Both the position numbers and the translations under genes were made by a program. The notes beneath the pieces are model-generated. The model worked only from the letters and a program-made list of their open reading frames with translations. It was not told the DNA's origin and ran no database searches. This document shows, piece after piece, positions 20,602 to 30,991 of a stretch of DNA of 64,000 nucleotides. The DNA is taken from the NCBI GenBank assembly GCA_046582655.1, contig JAYGDX010000110.1, positions 1 to 64,000 of the forward strand, given 5' to 3'. This DNA is from Candidatus Poribacteria bacterium. Its GTDB lineage: Bacteria > Poribacteria > WGA-4E > UBA9662. Position 1 is the first letter of the stretch, and every line of letters starts with the position of its first letter.

Positions 20602-21214
20602 GTCTTTTGTAAAAAGTATCCCAGACTCATAAGCTACACTAATTCGTCTAGACTGGCGTTAGAGCAATAATGTGAAAATCCGCTCTTCAACTCTGAAACC
20701 AAGTTCAATTTAGGCTGTGGTTACTCCGGAATCAGGCTTTGCGATGCAGTCAATATCCAACAGTGGCCGATAATTCGTTTTCATGTGCTAGATTGAGGTA
20801 CCTTGAGTCCAATGTGACTGGCATTTAGAACACGTTTTGAGGGTAATCCTCGCCTAACAGGATTACGTTACTGCATCAATGGAACAAATTATTAACTTTG
20901 TTTCGACTAAAGGCAACGGAAAATCTGATTAGACCTATCCACTTCATTTCGGCTTTAAGGGGCATTTTCAACATAAAACAGGTGGTATTTGAAAAAAAAC
21001 TAATCCAAATTAATGTTTCTGCGTCTAAACACAATTGGGCCTAGTTAAGCCATTATTTCGTGGGCTTCTCGGACTTAAGGTCTTGATAAATTAAGCACAA
21101 TATTATGTTACGTTATAGCCTAGAGGGAATGTGGATACCGATTTTGATAGTAGTTTTTTCTTGTCAGATATATTTAGATTGACGTTTTCTCTCTGGATGT
21201 AGGAGAAAACACAT

Positions 21215-22543
21215 TTGAAAACCTTTTCGCAGCTCAATCTAATTGAGCCACTTTTACGAGCCGTGTCGGCTCGGAACTACGACACGACAACCCCAATCCA
21301 AGCGGAAACAATTCCGCCACTTCTCGCTGGGCGAGACGTTCTCGGTTGCGCCCAAACTGGCACAGGAAAAACAGCTGCTTTTGCCTTGCCTATTCTGCAA
21401 CACATTGCAGAGCGACCCAGCCTTAGCAAACGCCCGTATATTCGAGCCTTGGTCTTGGCCCCAACCCGTGAACTGGCAGCACAGATTTGCACCTCCTTTG
21501 AGGCGTATAGTCAGTTCCTGAAGACCCGCCAGACGGTGATTTATGGTGGTGTCCGACCTAGTACACAGATCCAAGCACTAAAGCGTGGCACCGATATTCT
21601 GGTCGCAACACCTGGTCGATTGCTGGATTTGCAAGAACAGGGATTTGTCGATCTGAACCAGGTTGAGTTTTTCGTTTTGGATGAAGCTGACAGAATGCTC
21701 GATATGGGTTTCATCAATGACATTCGATCGATTATTAAGCTCTTACCAGAGCGTCGTCAAAACCTACTCTTTGCGGCGACCATGCCACAGAGTATTTCCA
21801 AGTTGGCTGACTCAGTCTTAGATCAACCGTTTCGCTTCCAAATTTCGCCCAAAAAATCGGTGATTCAGGAAATCCAGCAAGAGGTAATGTTTGTCAAACA
21901 GTCAGACAAGCGTCATTTGTTGATCCGGATCATTCGAGAAAACCAAGTTGCGCAGGCGATTGTGTTCATGAGAACCAAACATCGTGCTAGCCGTTTGGCT
22001 CAGCAACTGAACAGAACTAAAATTAATGCCGAAGCAATTCACGGTAATAAGTCGCAGGCGGCACGTGAACGCGCACTCAGAAGTTTTCGGAAGGGCGAAA
22101 CTCGCATTCTGGTCGCTACTGACATCGCCGCCAGAGGGCTAGATATTGATGGTGTGAGCCACGTGTTTAATTTCGATTTACCAAACGAAGCGGAGAGCTA
22201 CATTCATCGAATTGGTCGTACGGGTCGAGCAGGCAGATCTGGAATTGCAATTGCCTTCTGCGCCCCCGAGGAATACAATTATTTAAAGGACATTGAGAAG
22301 TTGATGGGTATTCAAATCCCAGATTCGAAGGTGGATCAAGGTTGGGATAGTCAACCCACTACAACAGAAGGTAAAGCAATGCCTGAAAAGCGAGTTGGGC
22401 AAAAACCTGTCTCACTGGAAAAACAGGAGCCTAAACCCAAACGAAATAACCAAGTAAACCGAAAGTCAACCCAGTTTCGGCGTAAGAAGACATCAACGAG
22501 TAAGTCTAAATCGCAATTACGATTTGCGGCTGCTAGTTCCTAA
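21215..22543 (+). CDS. rhlE: DEAD-box ATP-dependent RNA helicase (RhlE-like)
   Basis: Q motif, AQTGTGKT, PTRELA, TPGRL, DEAD, ARGLD, HRIGRTGR, basic tail; TTG after AGGAG. Confidence 0.9.
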   Translation: MKTFSQLNLIEPLLRAVSARNYDTTTPIQAETIPPLLAGRDVLGCAQTGTGKTAAFALPILQHIAERPSLSKRPYIRALVLAPTRELAAQICTSFEAYSQFLKTRQTVIYGGVRPSTQIQALKRGTDILVATPGRLLDLQEQGFVDLNQVEFFVLDEADRMLDMGFINDIRSIIKLLPERRQNLLFAATMPQSISKLADSVLDQPFRFQISPKKSVIQEIQQEVMFVKQSDKRHLLIRIIRENQVAQAIVFMRTKHRASRLAQQLNRTKINAEAIHGNKSQAARERALRSFRKGETRILVATDIAARGLDIDGVSHVFNFDLPNEAESYIHRIGRTGRAGRSGIAIAFCAPEEYNYLKDIEKLMGIQIPDSKVDQGWDSQPTTTEGKAMPEKRVGQKPVSLEKQEPKPKRNNQVNRKSTQFRRKKTSTSKSKSQLRFAAASS

Positions 22544-22564
22544 ACTGATCCAAATCTAAATCAG

Positions 22565-22598
22565 AAAGGCCGACCGGGATTCCCGGTCGGCCTTTTTT
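22565..22598 (+). terminator. Rho-independent terminator after the helicase
   Basis: AAAGGCCGACCGGG-att-CCCGGTCGGCCTTT hairpin followed by a T run. Confidence 0.9.
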
Positions 22599-22719
22599 GT
22601 TTTTGACTTTAATGTGCTGATTGTATGTCCAGATCAGATAATAAAATTGTGCTGTTCATCAACTTCTTGTAGAATGGGTGGGTTGAGGGGTTTGTTCTTC
22701 TGAAAACAGGAATACGATT

Positions 22720-23805
22720 ATGAGTCAGAAACACTATCGAGCAGGAGCCATTGGCCACACTGGCGCTGGCAACTACGGTCATGGCCTCCACCTTGCTTAC
22801 CGTTACCTAGAAAATGTCGAGTTTATTGCAGTTGCGGATCCCGATCATATGGGCCGAGAAAAAGCGGTGGCAGAAACCAATGCCTTGCGAAGCTATGCTG
22901 ACTACAGAGAGATGTTGGAGCGAGAAGATCTAGACATCGTCAGTGTTTGCCCTCGATGGGTAACAAATCATGTGGAGATGGTGTTAGCTTGTCTGGAAGC
23001 AGATTGTCATGTATATTGCGAAAAGCCAATGACAGCAACTTTAGCAGATGGAGACCTGATTGTTGAAACGACAGCACAGAAAGGGCTGAAAGTTGCCGTC
23101 TCTCATCAGGGAGTCTACTTCCCATCCACTCATGCACTGAAGCAGTTATTGCGGGATGGAAAAATCGGGCAAGTTGAATCGATCCGTGCGCACGGGAAAC
23201 AAGATGGGCGTGGTGGGGGCGAAGATATGATAACTCTTGGAACGCATACCTTCAACATGATGCGCTTTCTAGTGGGTGATGTTGACTGGATGACCGCTCA
23301 TGTTACTGAGGCTGGAAAAGAGGTTGGACTTGACCATGTTCGCCCACCGACTGAACCCGTTGGGCCTGTAGCGGGCGATTGTATTGAAAGTTACTTCGCT
23401 TTCAAAAGTGGAGTCACTGGCTTTTATGATTCACGGAAGGATCGGTTTGGACGAGGTGGGATGGAGATCTACGGTAGACAAGGCATCATTGCCCTGAACA
23501 TAGGCCGATCTCACCAAGTCGCAATCTGTCCATATCCGTGTTGGAGAATTGGTGATCTGTCCCAACAGTGGGAAATAATCGAAATTTGCGATTCACCACC
23601 TACAAGTGAAAACTCACTCGATTATGGCAATCGTTTGGCGATCATGGACTTGATCGAGGCAATTGAACAAAATCGGAAACCACTTTCTAGTGCTAGCGAT
23701 GCAGTAGCTGCCCTCGAGATGATTGTCGGTGCATACCAAGCACAACTGACCAAAGCCCGTGTCAGTTTCCCGATGAAAAATCGTCAACACCCACTGAGTC
23801 ATTAA
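22720..23805 (+). CDS. Gfo/Idh/MocA family oxidoreductase
   Basis: IGHTGAGNYGH, AVADPD, HVYCEKPM, GGEDMITLGTH. Confidence 0.9.
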   Translation: MSQKHYRAGAIGHTGAGNYGHGLHLAYRYLENVEFIAVADPDHMGREKAVAETNALRSYADYREMLEREDLDIVSVCPRWVTNHVEMVLACLEADCHVYCEKPMTATLADGDLIVETTAQKGLKVAVSHQGVYFPSTHALKQLLRDGKIGQVESIRAHGKQDGRGGGEDMITLGTHTFNMMRFLVGDVDWMTAHVTEAGKEVGLDHVRPPTEPVGPVAGDCIESYFAFKSGVTGFYDSRKDRFGRGGMEIYGRQGIIALNIGRSHQVAICPYPCWRIGDLSQQWEIIEICDSPPTSENSLDYGNRLAIMDLIEAIEQNRKPLSSASDAVAALEMIVGAYQAQLTKARVSFPMKNRQHPLSH

Positions 23806-23826
23806 TAATTCTAAAGGAAATATCTT

Positions 23827-23995
23827 ATGAGAATAAGCATTGTCGATTGTGGCGAAAGTAGTGGGAGTTACCTATTAGAATATGCTAATTTGAGTTAAGG
23901 AGACCCTGTTACTGTCTGCGATATTAACGAGACAGCTCCGCTCAAACGAGTTGATACCTTTAGAAGTCATAGGCAGCTAAACCAATTACCAGCGA
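23827..23995 (+). pseudogene. Remnant of the 5' end of a Gfo/Idh/MocA gene
   Basis: AAGGA RBS followed by MRISIVDCGESSGSYL...*GDPVTVCDINE, a degenerate Rossmann fold with an in-frame TAA. Confidence 0.45.
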
Positions 23996-24193
23996 TGGCA
24001 CATCCCACCAACGAAAAAAGTAACTACCATCCACTAACCGAAGGATAACTAATGAGAATATACAGATAAATGACGGCATATATACCGTGACAGCTTGGAA
24101 ACACATTAAACTTGTGTCCCGTTTTTTTATGGTGTGATATATTATCAGCGTTATTTTTTTCAGGTTTAAAGATAAATATGATTGGGGTACCCG

Positions 24194-25108
24194 ATGATAA
24201 AACATAACGAAGTAGATAGGTCGTTTGATTGTAAACCAACTTTAACCGATTCGCAGGTATTGGAATTTTGCCATAATGGTTTTCTGGTTTTGAAAGGTGT
24301 GGTTGATGATGAAACTAATCAACTCACCTGTGCCTATCTAAATGGAGAGATACCTTCCAATCCAAGTTTCATTCCTAAAAGTTTGACAAACGAGGACCTA
24401 GATCGGATTCGCAATTCACATGAACCAAGTACGCTGCTTCTTGAAAGGTGGTTCATCAAAAATGTTCTTCTTAATTCACAATTGGCAGGTGCACTACGCT
24501 CATTACTTGGTAAAAACGTAGGGTTACCCGTCTTGGTGAGCAGGCATACTACTGAATGTCCATCTCCTACACAAGGATGGCATCACGACGCAGATCACAT
24601 ATTCGGGCCTGAACTCAATTTCCTAGAGGTGTTTTACTATCCTCAAGATACTCCAGAAGAAATGGGGCCAACTGAAGTTGTTCCCGGGTCCCATATTACT
24701 CGCACACACCGTGAAGCGGAAGATAAAGGTGTCTCTGCTGCTGGTCCGGCGGGAACGCTTTCCATCCACTCTCAAAGCATCTTGCATCGCAAAGGTGAAT
24801 CGACCGCTACGGGAACACGCCACATGATAAAATACGATTATTGGCGTACGGTTCCTCCTCAAAGAGATTGGATCGTTGAGCCAAACTTCGACTTTCAGAA
24901 GGCTCATTATGGCCATCACGGCACCGCCAGATACATTGCTCATATGTTTTATTGGTTATGTGGAAAAGGCGAAGAATATCGGATCATCGGTGGACAAGGA
25001 TGGCCTTGGTCAAGTGTAAACCAAATTGGTCCGTCCTATGGCTTTGCTAAAACTGAAGGCTATCTTCCGAACTGGCGAAAGAATAATTCGGACGATTACG
25101 CGAGCTAA
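24194..25108 (+). CDS. PhyH family dioxygenase
   Basis: FCHNGFLVL, QGWHHD, MGPTEVVPGSH, ILHRK. Confidence 0.87.
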   Translation: MIKHNEVDRSFDCKPTLTDSQVLEFCHNGFLVLKGVVDDETNQLTCAYLNGEIPSNPSFIPKSLTNEDLDRIRNSHEPSTLLLERWFIKNVLLNSQLAGALRSLLGKNVGLPVLVSRHTTECPSPTQGWHHDADHIFGPELNFLEVFYYPQDTPEEMGPTEVVPGSHITRTHREAEDKGVSAAGPAGTLSIHSQSILHRKGESTATGTRHMIKYDYWRTVPPQRDWIVEPNFDFQKAHYGHHGTARYIAHMFYWLCGKGEEYRIIGGQGWPWSSVNQIGPSYGFAKTEGYLPNWRKNNSDDYAS

Positions 25109-25879
25109 AAGGTTGCTTGCCGTTTGCAGTTAGAATGGCCTTTGTCCACATTGGCAAGTTGCTTGCACGTGCAAAGAGCCCGTTCTCTTATTAATCTTGG
25201 AGAATAGAACAGGTCTACAGTAGCCAAATTCGACCTCTCGCTTAAGTCAAAGAAACAGAAGCTCGGAGATTTTTGAGCCACACATTGCATAGGGATTTAG
25301 CTGTCTCTCAGCTAGGACTCTGGTGAGTTTCACTGCTTGCGCAGGAGATCTACTCGACTCTATACAGGTAGTCAATCGCTATGGTAACAAATAGATTGAC
25401 GGATGAAGGTTTTTTTAGGCTTCGATGTCGTTGTTCTTATTAAAATTGGAAAATTGTCAAGAACTCTTGATCAATTGGACTTACAATGCCCATCCAATCC
25501 AGTATTTAGGCATTCGGTCCGAAACAAAGTTCGCCTCTCACCCCCTCCATCTTGAAAGTAATGAATTGATTGACGAGTGCTCCTATTCTTTTAGAGTTGC
25601 TTTGCCCTCGATTGCACAAAGTTCAAGATATATAAATGGAGAAATAATTGGTATGAATATTGTTACTACCACAGGCTATGCTCTACTAATATAAAACAAC
25701 CAAATGTTTTCTATAAACATTTACAGAAAAGTAGATTATATTGACAGAAGTCTAATCTCAAATGTCAGGGTTACAGAGCTTGAAATGATTAGGTTGACAC
25801 AGTAAAATAGCTTCCAGCTTAGAGTAATCAATCTCATGGAAGAAAATATCAAGCAAATAATAGTGATGAGGATAGATCA

Positions 25880-26689
25880 ATGTTGAATGCCGACCAGATT
25901 AAAGATTTCCAGCAGGACGGCTTTTTGCTCGGAGATCGCATTTTGGATGACGATCAGGTGGAAGAACTTCGAGAGGAACTGGATCGTGTTATTGCTGAGA
26001 GACCGGAGAAACCAGATCTCAGCCAGTCAAAAGCGACGCGCATTGCCAATCTGGGTGGTAACCCAGATACGCCAGTTTGGCAAATTGTCAATATGTGGCA
26101 AGCTAGCGAAGCTTTTCGTGCCTTAACCTTTCACTCGATAATTGTCGAAGAAGTTGCGCAATTACTGAATGCCGAGGAACTACGTGTCTGGCATGACCAA
26201 GTTCAGTATAAGCCGTCGGGGATCGGTGGTATCACCGGGTGGCATCAGGATTCTCCTGCCTGGCCCAATATTGCACCGAAAACAACACAAATTTCGTCGT
26301 GGGTCGCGTTAGATGATGTTGATGAATCGAACGGTTGTATGAGCATGATTCAAGGGTCACATAAATGGGGCGTTTGCGGACATTTCTTACACCAGATGAA
26401 GTCTTTTCAAGACGTGCCCACATTGTTCGAAAACCAGGAACTTCACGTTGTTTTGCGGCCTGTAAAAAAAGGTTATGTTCATTATCACCATGCTTTAGCT
26501 TGGCATGGATCCCATCAAAATACCAGTGGCCGTAGACGGCGTGCTATTGCTAATCACTACATGACTGAAAATACTGTCTACGATGAAACTGGTGGACACC
26601 TTATGAAGCCGTTTGTAACTGTTGCTCACGGTGAGAAACTCGTTGGAGATGTGTTTCCTCTAGTGTGGCAGAAAGATAGCGAGGTGTAA
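25880..26689 (+). CDS. PhyH family dioxygenase
   Basis: FQQDGFL, WHQD, SNGCMSMIQGSH, WHGSHQNTSGRRRRA. Confidence 0.9.
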   Translation: MLNADQIKDFQQDGFLLGDRILDDDQVEELREELDRVIAERPEKPDLSQSKATRIANLGGNPDTPVWQIVNMWQASEAFRALTFHSIIVEEVAQLLNAEELRVWHDQVQYKPSGIGGITGWHQDSPAWPNIAPKTTQISSWVALDDVDESNGCMSMIQGSHKWGVCGHFLHQMKSFQDVPTLFENQELHVVLRPVKKGYVHYHHALAWHGSHQNTSGRRRRAIANHYMTENTVYDETGGHLMKPFVTVAHGEKLVGDVFPLVWQKDSEV

Positions 26690-26690
26690 A

Positions 26691-27434
26691 TTGACAAACG
26701 AGGAAAAATTTATTGTTGATCTGGAGGGATACTTGGTGATTAAAAACGTCCTGACAAAAGACGAAATTGTGGAAATGAACCAGATCATCGACAATGGGGA
26801 CAGAAACGGCCCACCAAGTCGCTGGGGAGAACCTTTTAAAAAATTGATTGATCATCCCAAGATTCTGCCTTATTTGATTGAGTTAATTGGTCCAAGCGTC
26901 CGGCTAGATCATGACTACGCTATTTTTATGCAAAACGGCAGTTCGGGAGGTGGACTTCATGGAGGGGAGGATGGTGGTAGACCAGGAGGTAATGAAGGAG
27001 ATCATTGGTACAAGTGCCGAGACGGCGTAATCCGCAATGGTTTGTGTGTGATAACCTACAATCTTGCTCCTGCAAAGCCTGGTGATGGTGGTTTCGCCTG
27101 CATCCCTGGCAGCCACAAAAGCTATTTTTTGCGCAATTTGCCTGATGAAGTTCGTCATTTTCAGAGGCAGACCCATTATGTGGTTCAGCCAGAAGTTGAA
27201 GTTGGAGATGTTGTGTTCTTTACCGAAGCGCTAATACACGGTACGATGCCATGGACAGCCGAAAACGAACGACGTTCTTTACTCTACAAATACAGTCCAG
27301 GACATTCCGCTTGGTCCGGAAACTACTATAACCTCAATGATTACGAAGAATTGACGGAAAGGCAAAAGCTAATGTTAGCTCCACCCTCTATTGGTGGAAG
27401 ATCTAGTATTACACTTGATGATAATAAGGGGTAG
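26691..27434 (+). CDS. PhyH family dioxygenase, LHGG (HxG) subtype
   Basis: DLEGYLVIK, RLDHDY, GLHGGE, GGFACIPGSHK, EALIHGT..W....RR.LLYKYSP. Confidence 0.87.
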   Translation: MTNEEKFIVDLEGYLVIKNVLTKDEIVEMNQIIDNGDRNGPPSRWGEPFKKLIDHPKILPYLIELIGPSVRLDHDYAIFMQNGSSGGGLHGGEDGGRPGGNEGDHWYKCRDGVIRNGLCVITYNLAPAKPGDGGFACIPGSHKSYFLRNLPDEVRHFQRQTHYVVQPEVEVGDVVFFTEALIHGTMPWTAENERRSLLYKYSPGHSAWSGNYYNLNDYEELTERQKLMLAPPSIGGRSSITLDDNKG

Positions 27435-27540
27435 CTCGGAATCAGGCAGGTATTTGGATGAGTGACCCAAGGGTCTGTATCTGCTAATGAGAGTTCTTCG
27501 CTACAACCGGATGCAAAATGACATGGAAATTTGGCAGGAA

Positions 27541-28389
27541 ATGAAAGCAGAAGACTATCAATTCTTTCAGCAAAACGGATACCTTTCCTTGGGAAGAATC
27601 CTAACCGACGAAGAGTTAGGCTTTTACCTACACCTTTATGACCAGGATCGTGCTGAGAAACAGGATTTTTGGTTTGATTATGGACATCATCACCAGACAG
27701 CAAACTACGATGTTCTTGTTAGTACGCCTGAATTTGATAGTTTGGTTCGACATCCCAAAGTCATGAGACCTCTAAACAATTTAATGGAGAACGATATTTG
27801 CTTTTCGGAGATTGGTATAAGACACATGGCTGCCTATACTGGAGAACCAAGACATTGTGTTTGGCATCGAGACGGTGATGTTCACGGAGGAAGGCATCTA
27901 ATGGGACACCCACTGAGGATAAGGAATGTTCAACTGATGGTTTATTTGTCGGATGTTGATGAAACAACCCACTGTTTCTCTATTTCACCGGAATCAGTTG
28001 ATCAACCGGTCTTGCAAAAAGGGGAGCAGTTGAAAAAAGGAGGAATCCATAATCTACACGGTCAAGCAGGAACAGCTGTTTTGTTTAATTTTTCCGTCCT
28101 ACATACTGCAACCGTACGCGTAACTCAGAAAGAACGAAAAACTGCTCAGATTTATTACGGACATCGGAATCGACCGCATATGGCCAACGATTCTCTAATA
28201 CCAGTTGATTTCTGGCGAGATCACCCAGATGTAGAAGTCCGCGCCTTCTACGGGGTTCTAAACGATAAGACGCGCAAATATCTGGAAATAGCAGGAGCTA
28301 AAAAGCATTCCTTAAAAGGATCAACAGAGATCTTGTATGAAATTGATTATAAAAATCGACGAAAGCGGTCGCTGGCACAAAATGCGTAG
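27541..28389 (+). CDS. PhyH family dioxygenase
   Basis: FQQNGYLSLG, WHRD, VYLSDVD, AGTAVLFN.SVLH. Start chosen by alignment to the paralog; an upstream ATG is possible. Confidence 0.87.
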   Translation: MKAEDYQFFQQNGYLSLGRILTDEELGFYLHLYDQDRAEKQDFWFDYGHHHQTANYDVLVSTPEFDSLVRHPKVMRPLNNLMENDICFSEIGIRHMAAYTGEPRHCVWHRDGDVHGGRHLMGHPLRIRNVQLMVYLSDVDETTHCFSISPESVDQPVLQKGEQLKKGGIHNLHGQAGTAVLFNFSVLHTATVRVTQKERKTAQIYYGHRNRPHMANDSLIPVDFWRDHPDVEVRAFYGVLNDKTRKYLEIAGAKKHSLKGSTEILYEIDYKNRRKRSLAQNA

Positions 28390-28467
28390 GGAGGAAGCTT
28401 CTCTCCTGACATGAGTATGGACTATTAGTTTGCAAATTATCAATGAATCAGCAAAAGAGGTGGTAAT

Positions 28468-29346
28468 ATGGCACTAACAATTGAAGAAATTGGCACATAT
28501 AACACGCAAGGATTTGTTCTGGTCAAAGATGTGCTGAATCCAAGCGATACAAAACCTGTAATTGATGAGTTGGAAGCTTTTATTGATGGTCAAGCTCAGG
28601 AATTATATGATCAGGATAAAATTACCGACCTACATAAGAACGCACCTTTTGATATGCGTTATGGTTTGTTACTCAAACAATGTGCAGAAATTGGTAACGG
28701 CATGGACATTATGCATATGCGTGCTCCTGCCATGTTTGCATTTTTAGGTAATGCTATTTTTTTGGATGCAGTTGAATCACTGGTTGGCCCGGAGATTACC
28801 TGTAATCCAATCCAGCACGTGCGAGCTAAACCACCATCAGATTATGGTCATAGTAGTTGGTCACATGGGGTTCCTTGGCATCAAGACGCGGCTGTAATGA
28901 TGAAGGAAGCGGAAGGATCAAATGTGATTACCTGCTGGCTACCACTCAGCAAAAGCACAATTGAACGAGGTTGCCTGCAAGTCTTGCCTAAGGTTTCTAA
29001 GATGGGTTACTTACGGCACCAGAAAGAAGGTGGTACTATGATCGTGCCCGACTTAATGCCTGAGTTTGATCCAGTCTTTTTGGAGTGTGATCGTGGCGAC
29101 GTCGTATTTATTAGCCGGTTCACACCACACTGTTCTGTTCCAAACCAGTCCGATTACTGCCGTTGGTCACTTGACTTGCGCTATCAACCAACAGATCAGC
29201 ATACAGGACGAACATCAAACCCTGACTTCATCGTCCGCAGTCAAAGTAATCCGGATAGTGTATTGACCGATTACAATGAATGGTGTCACCTTTGGGTTGA
29301 TGCGTTTGAAAATCCGAGAGGTCATGCAGTACATCGGACAGATTAA
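28468..29346 (+). CDS. PhyH family dioxygenase
   Basis: YNTQGFVLVK, PWHQD, RGCLQVLP, GDVVF....TPHCS.PN....RWSLDLRY; GAGG RBS. Confidence 0.9.
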   Translation: MALTIEEIGTYNTQGFVLVKDVLNPSDTKPVIDELEAFIDGQAQELYDQDKITDLHKNAPFDMRYGLLLKQCAEIGNGMDIMHMRAPAMFAFLGNAIFLDAVESLVGPEITCNPIQHVRAKPPSDYGHSSWSHGVPWHQDAAVMMKEAEGSNVITCWLPLSKSTIERGCLQVLPKVSKMGYLRHQKEGGTMIVPDLMPEFDPVFLECDRGDVVFISRFTPHCSVPNQSDYCRWSLDLRYQPTDQHTGRTSNPDFIVRSQSNPDSVLTDYNEWCHLWVDAFENPRGHAVHRTD

Positions 29347-30000
29347 GATAACCACATTTTGGGATACTACCCTGTTACACCATCCCTAATTTAATTCCAT
29401 CAAACAACTCAAAAAAATTGGTAGATACTTTTGCCAGTATATCCACCTGCCGGCATTAATTATCACAAGGGCCTAATCTTTTCTTTGCAACAGTGGATGC
29501 TTGATTCACAAGCCAAAAGATGAATGATAAACAGTGCGCAAGTTGACTAACTGCCTAACCCAGTGAAAAGGACTTAGCGCTTCATCTTTCTGCAGACTAG
29601 ACCGTTTTTACAATGACAAGGAACTGTCAAAGATCCGAATGTGGGCCATGACAATTCTCAACTGCACCTACTACTGGTTGGTGGTTGCCAGCAACTAAGA
29701 TCAATCGACTCCTTAGCAAGACGACCAAATCGGTCTGTTACTTCCTCTCGAGAGACAATAGGCCAAATCGGGTATGAGAAAGAGGCAAGGCGATTGGCTC
29801 TGCTGGATCTATAAGGGCTGGATGACTGTGGTAGGAAGAGGAAGAGCTCACCATAGATCAATAAGCGTAATTCCTAAGCCTACCAGAAGCCCTTCAACAG
29901 GAACATATTAGAGGGGACAATACCAGCGTGGGGTAAAGAAGAAATCTTCCTTCCATTCATAAACTAACAGGATATTGATGAATAGGTACCATGTTAGCCT

Positions 30001-30279
30001 TTATATAAATAAATCGTCAGCCAGGGTTATATCTCCCCACGCATTCCATGACATTATGTTTTCTAAAGGGATTTTAAACTGGTTATAATCCCAAATGGCG
30101 AGTTTTCTGCCATCTTGGTGCCGCACGGCCCAACTTACTCGTACTTTTGACGTATCATCAGCAATGTTTGGGTTGCCTAACTGCTCTTGTATCTGATCAT
30201 AGGTTGCAAGCACTTGGAATTGGAAGTAAGATCCATTTTGGATATAATATAGATGATCATTCGGTGGAGAACCTGTCAT
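30001..30279 (-). CDS. Small hypothetical protein
   Basis: 92 aa ORF with an AGGAA RBS; ATYDQI...LG.P...KV...W...AIWDY pattern. Confidence 0.55.
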   Translation of the reverse strand: MTGSPPNDHLYYIQNGSYFQFQVLATYDQIQEQLGNPNIADDTSKVRVSWAVRHQDGRKLAIWDYNQFKIPLENIMSWNAWGDITLADDLFI

Positions 30280-30310
30280 TTCCTGCTTCTCCCATGATTT
30301 AAAATATAAT

Positions 30311-30643
30311 GTGAATATTGAGATTACAACTAAACATACGATACAATTGAAAAAACAGTTTCAAGGAGAAGTGATTTTTTTGGGATTTGAAAAAATTAGG
30401 TTGCAGTTCTACACCAAATCAGGTTGTTCACTATGCGAAGTTGCCAAAGCAGATTTAAAAAAATTGCATCTAAACTTAATAATAGAAATTGAGGAAATAG
30501 ATATTACATCAGATACTAAATTCTTTGAGAAATATAAGTACCTAATTCCGGTTGGTGAGTTAGATGGTATACGTCTTTTTACTCATCGTATCAACACTAA
30601 AGCTTTGATACGTCGACTTAAAAAAATGGGAAGGTTGCATTGA
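30311..30643 (+). CDS. Glutaredoxin-like protein (DUF836 type)
   Basis: YTKSGCSLCE (CxxC), EIDIT......KY...IPV. The true start may be downstream, near 30371. Confidence 0.8.
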   Translation: MNIEITTKHTIQLKKQFQGEVIFLGFEKIRLQFYTKSGCSLCEVAKADLKKLHLNLIIEIEEIDITSDTKFFEKYKYLIPVGELDGIRLFTHRINTKALIRRLKKMGRLH

Positions 30644-30716
30644 ATTGGCTATCTGGATACTTTAAAACAAGAGATCCACGATAAACTTAACGATATTGTT
30701 TCAGCATATATTTATA

Positions 30717-30725
30717 TGGTATAAT
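30717..30725 (+). promoter_or_regulatory. Extended -10 promoter element upstream of rpmG
   Basis: TGgTATAAT about 87 nt upstream of the rpmG ATG. Confidence 0.55.
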
Positions 30726-30811
30726 TGTTGTTTTTATTTTCTTTAAAGCTATCTCAACGATTTTTTTGGAAACAATAAAAATAATTTCACATTTATACAA
30801 GGAACTCGAAA

Positions 30812-30976
30812 ATGGCAAGAGCAGGGCGTGTAAAGATTAAACTCGAAAGTACTGCCGGAACTGGTTATTTCTACATTACGACAAAGCCAACCAGATCACA
30901 GGATAAAATTGAACGGAAAAAGTACGATCCTAAAATTCGCAAACATGTTCTCTTTGTTGAAAAACGGCTAAGCTAA
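30812..30976 (+). CDS. rpmG: 50S ribosomal protein L33 (zinc-free type)
   Basis: Manual translation: [54 protein letters not shown]. At 54 aa it is below the ORF-track cutoff. Confidence 0.95.
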   Translation: MARAGRVKIKLESTAGTGYFYITTKPTRSQDKIERKKYDPKIRKHVLFVEKRLS

Positions 30977-30991
30977 TTAATTTTTGATTCT

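Noticed and set aside
20034..20630. 198-aa minus-strand ORF (and similar antisense ORFs at 35369-35917, 33683-34108, 44282-44695)
   Set aside because: Antisense shadows of well-supported genes, with no recognisable motifs.
25110..25870. Long intergenic region with short ORFs (25105-25290, 25425-25694) as an IS remnant or ncRNA
   Set aside because: I could not find transposase motifs, terminal repeats or a convincing structure.
29350..30000. Possible RNase P, tmRNA or 6S RNA
   Set aside because: No GAGGAAAGTCC, tRNA-like ends or long hairpin recognised; more likely eroded coding sequence. An Rfam search would settle it.
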